Shown: positions 55,916 through 64,000 of the stretch, piece after piece
Position numbering within the stretch: position 1 is the stretch's first letter
How the letters are laid out: every line of letters begins with the position of its first letter
Assembly: GCA_032128875.1 (NCBI GenBank)
Contig: JAVLKG010000001.1
Coordinates: forward strand, 800,001-864,000
Length of the DNA: 64,000 bases
Source of the DNA: Candidatus Melainabacteria bacterium 17Bon1m
GTDB lineage: Bacteria > Cyanobacteriota > Vampirovibrionia > Obscuribacterales > Obscuribacteraceae
Direction: 5' to 3'
Position numbers and translations under genes: made by a program
Notes under the pieces: generated by a model
Database searches by the model: none
Told to the model about the DNA's origin: nothing
The model's input: the letters and a program-made list of their open reading frames with translations, nothing else

Positions 55916-58498
55916 GTGGCGCAAAACGGACAAGATGTAAGTGATTTTGAAAAGCTAGGTGTTTTCTATTTGGGAAAACCCTTTGATCTTGAAACTGAAA
56001 AAGAAGAGCCTGGCTATGTTTTGTATGAATCGCGCCATTTGACCACGCATGCTGTCGTTGTTGGTATGACAGGATCTGGAAAAACAGGACTCTGTATCGA
56101 TCTGATTGAAGAAGCTGCCATCGATAACATTCCTGTTTTGGCAATAGACCCGAAAGGCGATATTTCCAATGTTTTGCTTTCTTTCGAAAACCTGTCGCCA
56201 TCAGAGTTTCAACCCTGGGTAAGCGCTGAAGAGGCGCAACTGAATGGACAAACTATTGAAGAGTTCGCAGCTGCACAAGCGAAAGTTTGGCGTGACGGAA
56301 TTGCGTCATATGGACAAGATCTGGACAGAATCAAGCGCCTCAAAAACAGCGCTGATTTTTCAATATACACGCCCTTCAGCACCGCCGGTATTCAGCTGTC
56401 TGTATTGAAGTCTTTTGCTTGTCCGCCGACTGAAATTTTGGAAGATGGTGAAACACTGCGTGAGCGTGTCAGCGTTTCCACCCAAAGCTTGTTGAATCTT
56501 GCAGGAGTGACTTCTGATCCGCTGCGCGGCAGAGAAAGTATCTTTCTTGGGACTCTCATCCAAAACGCTTGGCAGAACGGTCATGACCTATCGTTGATTG
56601 ATCTCGTCCGCCTCATACAAACTCCGACTTTCACTCAAGTAGGCGCGCTCGATTTGGAATCGTTTTTCCCAAAAAAGGAACGCTTCGAATTGGCAATGGC
56701 AATCAACAATCTCATTGCGTCACCTGGCTTTGAAACCTGGATGCAAGGCGAGTCGCTGGACATCGGCAAGCTGTTGTACACAGAATCTGGAAAGCCCCGC
56801 GTATCCATAATGTCGATTTCGCACCTTGGTGACAACGAGCGAATGTTCTTTGTTTCGCTTTTCCTCAATCAAGTTATTTCATGGATGCGTGCGCAGGCAG
56901 GAACTTCAAGTTTGCGCGCGATTCTTTATATGGATGAGATTTTTGGTTATTTCCCGCCAGTCGCAAATCCGCCCAGCAAGCAGCCTTTGCTGACTCTGCT
57001 CAAACAGGCTCGGGCATACGGGCTCGGTGTTGTTCTTGCCACGCAGAACCCTGTCGATCTCGATTACAAAGGATTGGCGAATTGCGGCACATGGTTTGTC
57101 GGGCGTTTGCAAACTGAGCGCGACAAAATGCGCTTACTCGATGGGCTTGAGGGTGTCGCCAGCGAAAAGGGCACAAGCTTCGATAGACAAACCCTGGACA
57201 AAATGCTTTCGTCTCTGAAGAAGAGAACCTTTCTTTTGCACAACACGCAAGGAGAAGGTCTGGAGGCATTCAAAACGCGATTTAGCCTGTCGTATTTGCG
57301 CGGTCCGCTTTCTCGCAGCCAAATAAAAACTCTAATGGACGGCAAAAAGAAAGCGGTGGCAGAAAAATCAGCGACGTCTTTGCCAACAACTGCGAACTCA
57401 GCGGCGCCCTCCGCAAATGCAACTACTACTGCCAGCATGCCCGCTACAAATTCTGCTTCTGTCGGTTTGAGTTCCGCTTCTTCAGCAACTGGTTCACCGC
57501 CTGCTGTAAAAACAGCCAAACCAGTTTCCGCTGTGGCTTCATCTGCGCCTATTCTGCCGCCTGATGTTCCGCAGTACGTTCTACCTATAAAAGGAACAGT
57601 TGGCGCAAATAACAAACTTATTTACGCGCCGTGTATTATCGCCGTCAGTCAAGTTCGCTTTGTCGATACAAAAACGAAACTCGATCACGCTGTCTCTCGA
57701 ACATGGTTGCTACCTGTTCGCGAAGATCCAGTCTTCATTATGATGGATGATGGTACCGAGGAGAAAGTAAAAGTCACCGAGCTAGAGGCAAAACCCTCAA
57801 CCCCTGCTGATTTTATAAATCCGCCGCAATGGGTTTTTCAGCCAAAACAATACAAAGCATGGGAGAAGAAATTTCAAGACTGGTTGGTTTTGAAAGAGAA
57901 GCATTTTGTGCTGTCGTGCCCGGCGTTCAAAATGTCCTCTCTCAAAGATGAATCTGAGCGCGACTTTCGTGCACGTGTTTCACAAAAGGCGAAAGAAGAG
58001 CGAGACGCAGAAATCGACAAGCTAAGAGCCAAATACCAAGAAAAATTGTCAGCGCTGGAAAATAAGATTCGACTGGCAGAACAAGCCGTTGAGCGTGAGC
58101 ACGAACAAATGAAGGCGCAAGATATGCAGACTGCAATTTCTGTTGGTGCAACAGTTTTTGGTGCCATTCTTGGTGGTGGTCGCCGCCGAATCAGCTCTGG
58201 GACGCTAGGTCGCGCGACTACTGCGGCAAGAGCAGCGAATCGTTCTGCTTCGAGCAGAGCCGATGTAGAGCGCGCCAACGAAAATCTGGAAGCGCTGAAT
58301 CAAAAGATGAGCGATATGGAGCAGCAATTTCAATCCGATATTTCAGCGATGCAGGCGGAGTTAGACAGAGCCGCACAAAGTGTCGAAGTCGTTAATATCG
58401 CGCCCAAGAAAACAAATGTTAGCGTGGATGTTTTCTCATTCGCTTGGGCGCCATATCAAATCACCGACGGCAAATACGTCCCCCTCTGGCGGCAATAG
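55916..58498 (+). CDS. HerA/FtsK-like (DUF87/DUF853) ATPase with C-terminal coiled coil
   Basis: TTHAVVVGMTGSGKT, AIDPKGD, LYMDE, LKQARAYG...LATQNP; GAGGA RBS. Confidence 0.88.
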   Translation: MAQNGQDVSDFEKLGVFYLGKPFDLETEKEEPGYVLYESRHLTTHAVVVGMTGSGKTGLCIDLIEEAAIDNIPVLAIDPKGDISNVLLSFENLSPSEFQPWVSAEEAQLNGQTIEEFAAAQAKVWRDGIASYGQDLDRIKRLKNSADFSIYTPFSTAGIQLSVLKSFACPPTEILEDGETLRERVSVSTQSLLNLAGVTSDPLRGRESIFLGTLIQNAWQNGHDLSLIDLVRLIQTPTFTQVGALDLESFFPKKERFELAMAINNLIASPGFETWMQGESLDIGKLLYTESGKPRVSIMSISHLGDNERMFFVSLFLNQVISWMRAQAGTSSLRAILYMDEIFGYFPPVANPPSKQPLLTLLKQARAYGLGVVLATQNPVDLDYKGLANCGTWFVGRLQTERDKMRLLDGLEGVASEKGTSFDRQTLDKMLSSLKKRTFLLHNTQGEGLEAFKTRFSLSYLRGPLSRSQIKTLMDGKKKAVAEKSATSLPTTANSAAPSANATTTASMPATNSASVGLSSASSATGSPPAVKTAKPVSAVASSAPILPPDVPQYVLPIKGTVGANNKLIYAPCIIAVSQVRFVDTKTKLDHAVSRTWLLPVREDPVFIMMDDGTEEKVKVTELEAKPSTPADFINPPQWVFQPKQYKAWEKKFQDWLVLKEKHFVLSCPAFKMSSLKDESERDFRARVSQKAKEERDAEIDKLRAKYQEKLSALENKIRLAEQAVEREHEQMKAQDMQTAISVGATVFGAILGGGRRRISSGTLGRATTAARAANRSASSRADVERANENLEALNQKMSDMEQQFQSDISAMQAELDRAAQSVEVVNIAPKKTNVSVDVFSFAWAPYQITDGKYVPLWRQ

Positions 58499-58599
58499 AT
58501 TCCAGCGGACAAGTAGACTAGCTGAGCCCCTTCCAGGCGGCGTGATGGAAAACTACCGGGTATTATGGAAATATTACCCCTTGTGTCTCAACACCGCTC

Positions 58600-59298
58600 G
58601 TGACTACAGCAGAAACGAAGAGCATAACTCTCGGTTCACGCAATTATGTGATTGTTTCTGTGCTGGCTATTTTGCTTGCTATTGTTTCGACTACTCTAAT
58701 TGTGGGTCTGGAAAGCTATCGAAATTATCTCGAAATCAAAGACATTGCGTTAAATGTGACTTTGGCAAATGTCGCTGCTGCTCAAAAAGTTTGCCAACAA
58801 TTTTCGCTGCAATTTGCTCTTGTAAAAATCTTGTATCTGGCTCCAATAGTAACGACACTAGGTGTTCTGACCGCTCTTCTTTGGCGACGTGCACTTCCAG
58901 CTAGAACCAGACGAGTTTGTCCTGAAGATTGGTTTGCACTCTATCCTATACCGGCATTAGCTCTGGCTGTCTTTTTTCTGAATCCAACAACGCCGATTAC
59001 AACTCCATTCAGCTCGGATCTATGGCTCACCCAATACTCACCGGCCTCTAGAGCGAAGGTAGTCGATTCGCTGCTAAAAACAGTGAATTATCACGGTATG
59101 AATGTATCTGATTTACGTGTTCTGCTTGGAGTTCCTGACCAACAGCAGGATTTGCTAAACAAGTCCGGTCGCATTGGCTATTCAATTGGCGAAAACGGTC
59201 GGCGATTCCTGTACTTCTACTTCGATGAGAAGCAAAAGGTGACAGACGCCAGAATAGTCGATAACCAAACTACGAAAAAATGGCTTGGAATCGATTAG
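58600..59298 (+). CDS. Membrane protein with possible SmpA/BamE-like C-terminal domain
   Basis: Three TMs followed by GMN..DL..LLG.PD motif. Confidence 0.6.
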   Translation: MTTAETKSITLGSRNYVIVSVLAILLAIVSTTLIVGLESYRNYLEIKDIALNVTLANVAAAQKVCQQFSLQFALVKILYLAPIVTTLGVLTALLWRRALPARTRRVCPEDWFALYPIPALALAVFFLNPTTPITTPFSSDLWLTQYSPASRAKVVDSLLKTVNYHGMNVSDLRVLLGVPDQQQDLLNKSGRIGYSIGENGRRFLYFYFDEKQKVTDARIVDNQTTKKWLGID

Positions 59299-59338
59299 GT
59301 GTTTTACGGCGGAACTAGTTCTGTTTGGTGTTAAATAG

Positions 59339-60391
59339 TTAGCTAGCCATGGCGGCTTTGAAGTCGCGGGCGAATTTTTCGATGGTTTGATGGCGTTTGT
59401 CCGGCGATTTTTCCAATGCTTTGAGAATTACCTGGTCGACGTATTGATTGATGCGCACACCTGGTGTCACCGCGGATGGTGCGGTGGGTTTCTTTGTCAA
59501 ATGCTTTTGACGAATGTCGAGACCGTTGGCGCCTTCAAATGGCGCAATGCCTGAGAGCGCTTCGTACAGGATGCAGCCTAGCGAATAGATGTCGGAGCGG
59601 TCGTCCAATGGCTCGCCCATCATGCTCTCGGGGCTGACGTAAAGAATGCCTCGCGCTGTATCGCTGAAATTCAAGTCCGGCGGATCTTCCTGCTTTATGC
59701 CAAGCGATTGTGAGCGCGAGAAATCGATGAGCGTCACGATGTCGGCACTTCCTGCCGGCGTGAGTAACAAGTGGTTTGGCGTGAGTGAGCCGTGAATCTT
59801 CATCAATTGATGCACAGCCGAAAGTGCGTCGCATACTTGAGCGAAGGCAACCGAGATTCGCTTCGGATCAACTTTCCTGTCTTGTTTCATCAGGTCGGCC
59901 AAGCTCATGCCCTCGACCCACTTGAGCGCCATAAATTGCGTTCCTTCCTTGGTGATGCCAAAGTCGTGAATGCTGATTATGTGCGGATGAGTCAACGAAC
60001 TGAGCAAGTAACCTTCATTTTGGAAGCGCGTGTTGATATTTTTGTCGTTCTTGTGTTCGGCGTGCAAAACCTTGAATGCGACGACTCGATTGGCGTGAAC
60101 ATCACGTGCTTTGTAAACGCAGCAATGCTGTCCGACTTTTGGCGTCGAGAGGATCGTGTATTTATCAGCAACTGTTTGTCCGACCGAGTAGCCAGTTGCC
60201 GCTGGCATTGCTCCGCCGGCTGAAGGCGACGAGAGCACCCCGCCGTCAAAGGGGCAATATTCTAAATCAGCGCCATATACTCGTTCGCAGTTAGGACACT
60301 TCTTTTCCTGACTCTGTTCGACTGACAACGCTCCCACCTCTAACCATCGTTTTTTTTCAAGCGCGATTAAATCCATCGCGATATTAGTCAC
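59339..60391 (-). CDS. Zn-ribbon plus Hanks-type kinase-like protein, probable pseudokinase
   Basis: CPNC...CPFDG; VAFK retained, HGSLTPNH in place of HRDLKPxN, DFS in place of DFG; YVSPE and SDIYSLG retained. Confidence 0.85.
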   Translation of the reverse strand: MTNIAMDLIALEKKRWLEVGALSVEQSQEKKCPNCERVYGADLEYCPFDGGVLSSPSAGGAMPAATGYSVGQTVADKYTILSTPKVGQHCCVYKARDVHANRVVAFKVLHAEHKNDKNINTRFQNEGYLLSSLTHPHIISIHDFGITKEGTQFMALKWVEGMSLADLMKQDRKVDPKRISVAFAQVCDALSAVHQLMKIHGSLTPNHLLLTPAGSADIVTLIDFSRSQSLGIKQEDPPDLNFSDTARGILYVSPESMMGEPLDDRSDIYSLGCILYEALSGIAPFEGANGLDIRQKHLTKKPTAPSAVTPGVRINQYVDQVILKALEKSPDKRHQTIEKFARDFKAAMAS

Positions 60392-60453
60392 AAGAGGACC
60401 AATACAAAAAATTCCCGTTATTTAGAGTTTTAATCTAATTGTTTATAGAAATC

Positions 60454-60526
60454 TAGGGTTAGAGGGATTCGAACCCTCTTCTCCGGTTTGAGAGACCGGC
60501 GTCCTTTCCGGGTAGACGATAACCCC
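60454..60526 (-). tRNA. tRNA-Glu (anticodon CTC), CCA not encoded
   Basis: GGGGTTA/TAACCCT acceptor stem, CCGGT-CTCTCAA-ACCGG anticodon arm, GAGGG-TTCGAAT-CCCTC T-arm. Confidence 0.95.
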
Positions 60527-60688
60527 AAGCGAAAATTCTTCTTGTGCTTCGATGTCGCTCGGGCGGCAAGGAATCGCAAGCAAATAATCTGCCTTCGAAC
60601 ATGCAGGTGCGACACTATGCATCGACTGGCGACGCATATCATTGTTCAGGCGGCGCGATGCATTAACCGACCCTGCACATCATCAGCC

Positions 60689-60713
60689 GGACGATGCGCT
60701 GCATCGCCCCTAC
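60689..60713 (-). repeat. GTAG-type REP-like palindrome GTAGGGGCGATGCAGCGCATCGTCC
   Basis: Same architecture as 242-269; other degenerate palindromes nearby (60596-60750). Confidence 0.7.
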
Positions 60714-60756
60714 CGTTGATGGGACTGAGAGACACGCATGGCGCGAGCGTGTGAAT

Positions 60757-62049
60757 TTAACTGACGACTTTGTCTTTCTTTGGTTCCCAAGTCGCTTGCT
60801 TCGTGGGCTGCACAGCCAGGTTGGAAACAGCGGGCAGGTCGTGAATTGTTCGCTGGATTTGACGTTTTGCTTGAGTTTTCCAGCCGAATTTTTGGATGAT
60901 TTCCGGCAAGCTCGAACCACTCCATTGCCAGTGGTGGAGAGCCACGATAGCTTGTTCTACCGAAAGAGCGCCTTCATCAATCATTGCCTGGCAGCGCACT
61001 GCAATGTGCAGCGTGGCTTCTGATATTTGACCGGCGTTGAGAAGAATTTCGTCAAACGGCTTGACCTTGCGACCATCGTCGACAATCGCTCTTCTTAGAG
61101 CATCGTCGCTGAGCAGTCCGGCGAGTTTGAGCAAGTCCACAAGTCCAATCAAGTTGGTTGTCTTGAACTGTGCTTTGCTGACTTCGCTCATGCAAGTCTC
61201 TGCAGTCCAGCCGTGTTGATGGATGAGGCTGAGTGCTTCGGATGCTTCTTCCGTGGTCATGTTTTCTGAGCGAACCATCTCCTGCAAGCCCAGGGCCGCA
61301 TCGAGAACGGCTTCGTTAATGAACCCTGATTGCATAAGAGCCTGTCCGATCAACATATCGACCGACAGTGCGAATTCGAGAGCTGTGATCAGGTCTGTTT
61401 CGGAGACAACATCTGCCAAAACCAGCAGTTCGCCCAGGCGAATATTTGGTCTTTCAGGAAGTTTGTAACCGGCTGCCATGATCGCTGCATCAAGGTTGAA
61501 GTCCTTGTCTTTTGCACCTTTGAGGATGGTAACCGCATCTTCGCGCGCAATCTCTCCGTCGCGAATGAGCGACTGCATGGTCAGAGCTGCTTGAACGACC
61601 GAGCTGCTGAGGAAGTTTTTCAAAACGAGAATGCGTCCCAGTGGCAAACCTAAGTGAGTACTGGTGTGCATTGCATCATCGACTTGCTTGCGCGAGATCA
61701 ATTCTGCGCCGACCAAAAGGTCGCCCAGCTTGTTTGTGTTGTCGGTGACGTCTTCGAGTGCGCCTAGATATTCGAGAGAGTCGGTCAGACTCAATCTGCG
61801 AGCGGCGGCAACTTCAACCGCACGAACTGCTGTTTCCAGGGTGAGCAGTTTGTCTCTCACCAACGATTGCGCAAGGATGGCAGCTTTGAGCGTGTCATTT
61901 CTAATGATGTCCAGCATCACCAGTACACGCCCAATGGGCAGCCCACTTTGTCCGGACACCTTCATCGCGTTTGCGAGGTCCTCGACTGTGACGAGCTTGG
62001 CTCGTCTGAGGAGTTCGCCGATTAACATCGATTCGCCTGGTTTAATCAT
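60757..62049 (-). CDS. Stand-alone protein with four MshEN-like repeats
   Basis: LIGELL..AKLV, KLGDLLV.AELI, RLGELLV.ADVV and GLVDLL..AGLL, each followed by a second xG..L half-repeat. Confidence 0.7.
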   Translation of the reverse strand: MIKPGESMLIGELLRRAKLVTVEDLANAMKVSGQSGLPIGRVLVMLDIIRNDTLKAAILAQSLVRDKLLTLETAVRAVEVAAARRLSLTDSLEYLGALEDVTDNTNKLGDLLVGAELISRKQVDDAMHTSTHLGLPLGRILVLKNFLSSSVVQAALTMQSLIRDGEIAREDAVTILKGAKDKDFNLDAAIMAAGYKLPERPNIRLGELLVLADVVSETDLITALEFALSVDMLIGQALMQSGFINEAVLDAALGLQEMVRSENMTTEEASEALSLIHQHGWTAETCMSEVSKAQFKTTNLIGLVDLLKLAGLLSDDALRRAIVDDGRKVKPFDEILLNAGQISEATLHIAVRCQAMIDEGALSVEQAIVALHHWQWSGSSLPEIIQKFGWKTQAKRQIQRTIHDLPAVSNLAVQPTKQATWEPKKDKVVS

Positions 62050-62254
62050 GTTCTACTCTTCCTGAGGGCACGGAGAGACAAAAGTTGCAACGCCAATCAC
62101 TAAGGTCTTTAACGGTCGCCCGCATGACATTTAGGAATGGCACCCGACATAAAAGCTGCAAAAATTGCAGACAGTGACCGTAATACAATCATGCGTGGCT
62201 GACGGCAACCCTCGGTATAGTTTTGCCTGTAATTCGTATAGGGGCTGACTATAT

Positions 62255-62851
62255 TTAGGTGACGCTTTCGAGAGCGTTCTTCATTGCGATCGCTGCGCTA
62301 TCGGTCGGATCGGCCTCGAGGGCACGTCTGACGCATTCTTTCGCGCCGTTAAAATCCAGGTCCATACCCTTGGCTGCAGCCAAGTGCAGCCATCCGTTGA
62401 CGTAGTCGGGGTTAATCTCCAGAGCCCGGGAAAGCAAGTCCCGCGCCTCTTTGGTGAGATTTTCCTGTAGATAGAGTACGGACAAGTTGCCGTAAGGCCA
62501 TTCGAAGTCGGGAAATTCTCTTATAAGGGCTTTAAATGTCTCTTTGGCGCCCTCGCAGTCGCCCAGCGCCATCTGGTTAAAGCCTTCAATATTTCGCTGT
62601 TCTGCTAAAAGAGGTACCGGAAAGCGGGGAAGCTTGGTTTTTAGGAAACGACCGGCAGTTATCGCTATCTCTGATTCAGGCTCGAGCTCTTGCGCGAAAA
62701 CCAGCGCATCTCTCGCCTGCTCCGTCCAACCCATGGACTTATATTTGATTCCCAGGTCGTAATATTCGGCGGCAGAAAGTCCTTCAGGGACTTCTCTTGG
62801 AGGTAGTTCCATTTGTCTTCTTCCATGGGTGGCCGGGTCTTCCCGAACCAT
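62255..62851 (-). CDS. TPR protein
   Basis: YYDLG, PYGNLS and GWLHLA TPRs; start may be ATG 62812. Confidence 0.85.
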   Translation of the reverse strand: MVREDPATHGRRQMELPPREVPEGLSAAEYYDLGIKYKSMGWTEQARDALVFAQELEPESEIAITAGRFLKTKLPRFPVPLLAEQRNIEGFNQMALGDCEGAKETFKALIREFPDFEWPYGNLSVLYLQENLTKEARDLLSRALEINPDYVNGWLHLAAAKGMDLDFNGAKECVRRALEADPTDSAAIAMKNALESVT

Positions 62852-62909
62852 AATGTCAATTGTAATGTCTAAACAGATACTTTGGTCGTGTTCAGATCCG
62901 GTATCTGAC

Positions 62910-63410
62910 CTAGAGCTCGAGGGCGCTCGTTTTCACGATATATCGCAAACTTTTGCAAATCTCTTCCATCTGTTCTTCTTTTAAGCCTGGCTCGACCGGA
63001 TAAGACATAATGCCGCGTCCACGAAAGTATCGGGGCAGGCTATCGGTGCGCGGGATGACGTGAACATGAAAATGCGGCACGGCTTCGCCCAGGGAAAACG
63101 TATAAATGCGCTCTGCGCCGGTCAGTTTTCGAATCAGGGACATCACCTGCTTGAGCAATCCGCCGTAACCAGTCGCCTCCTCATCCGTCGCCTCTGTCAG
63201 GTCAAGGATGTGACGTCTTGCTTCGATGACAAGATAGCCAAGAATGTTGGTCTCGCGCGAATGCCTAACAACAAAGCTCTTGGTCTCGAGAATGATGTCT
63301 CGAGTGGGTTGCTCTTCTTGTCGTTTGCAAATCAAGCACTGGGCGTCTTTGGTCATCTGGGGCGTCCTTTTCGGGGCAGCGGAGACTCTATAATATGGGC
63401 TGCGCGACAT
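62910..63410 (-). CDS. HIT family hydrolase
   Basis: CLIC and HFHVHVIPR histidine triad. Confidence 0.92.
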   Translation of the reverse strand: MSRSPYYRVSAAPKRTPQMTKDAQCLICKRQEEQPTRDIILETKSFVVRHSRETNILGYLVIEARRHILDLTEATDEEATGYGGLLKQVMSLIRKLTGAERIYTFSLGEAVPHFHVHVIPRTDSLPRYFRGRGIMSYPVEPGLKEEQMEEICKSLRYIVKTSALEL

Positions 63411-63439
63411 ATGTTAGATCGTCGGACAGAAGAAAAGAT

Positions 63440-64000
63440 ATGCTTATTTGTTATCAAGAAGTTCGTTTGCCCAGGGCTTTCACACTGATACTACTGGCGG
63501 TGCTCTTCTGGGCTGCATCCGGAAATCTGTCTGCATTTGCCGACGAAATTACAAGCTTCGATGCCACCATAGAAGTTCAACCTGATGCATCGCTCGATGT
63601 TCACGAAGATCTTACGGTTAAATTCGATACGCCAAACCGGCATGGCATCAAGCGTTTCATTCCTGTGGTCTACGATCGCAAGCACAACAATTACACGATT
63701 GATCTTAAGTTGGCCGGAGTAACCGGAACGGATGGGAAGTATGTCCCATTCAAGACCAATCGGCAGGGCCGAGACTTCTTTATTATCATCGGCGATCCGA
63801 AGAAATCGGTTATGGGATTGCAGCAGTACCATATTCATTACACGGTTCGGCGTGCCATCAACTTCTTCGACGATGCTCCTGAAATTTACTGGAACGTAAC
63901 CGGCAATGAATCACATATGCCGATTGATAAAGTGGTGGCGCGGGTGGTGTTTCCCCCAGTGTCCCAAAAAGGCGAAATCCTAGCAAAAGCGTTTATCGGA
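63440..64000 (+). CDS. DUF2207-family protein, 5' part (runs off the window)
   Basis: Manual translation: signal ending AFA, then DEITSFDATIEVQPDASLDVHE...HGIKRFIP...EIYWNVTG. Confidence 0.8.
   Translation, partial: MLICYQEVRLPRAFTLILLAVLFWAASGNLSAFADEITSFDATIEVQPDASLDVHEDLTVKFDTPNRHGIKRFIPVVYDRKHNNYTIDLKLAGVTGTDGKYVPFKTNRQGRDFFIIIGDPKKSVMGLQQYHIHYTVRRAINFFDDAPEIYWNVTGNESHMPIDKVVARVVFPPVSQKGEILAKAFIG

Noticed and set aside
60392-60526. tRNA-Glu as integration site of an island containing the T4SS
   Set aside because: No integrase adjacent, no duplicated tRNA 3' end noticed, and the intervening genes are housekeeping

Overview
Gene-dense bacterial chromosomal window. The gene style (Ser/Thr kinases with TPR, many TPR proteins, a stand-alone MshEN-repeat protein, GTAG-type REP palindromes) suggests Vampirovibrionia/Melainabacteria (Obscuribacterales-like); this taxon call is inference only. 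The first 14 kb carry the most interesting locus. A repeat-rich ~890-bp non-coding region is followed by a + strand unit (DUF2225-like Zn/TPR protein, PrgI/VirB3-like, VirB4-like ATPase, VirB8-like bitopic protein, atypical VirD4-like coupling protein with a Zn-ribbon tail). This unit converges on two paralogous VirB6/TrbL-like membrane proteins. Together they form a minimal type IV secretion-like system with no VirB7/9/10/11, relaxase or integrase in the locus as seen here. The rest is mostly housekeeping and signalling genes (O-methyltransferase, kinase, PP2C, MFS, OppF, 3-hydroxyacyl-CoA dehydrogenase, two ArnT-like glycosyltransferases, DapL, NCS1, PlsC, HIT, tRNA-Glu). Notable oddities are an orphan Replic_Relax-like protein, an orphan short PglX-like methyltransferase, an NDH-2-cNMP-CBS fusion, a periodic GGA-motif array (candidate sRNA), a HerA-like ATPase, a pseudokinase and an MshEN-repeat protein. 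No CRISPR array, rRNA or transposase was seen. All family assignments come from motif recognition by eye, not from database searches.
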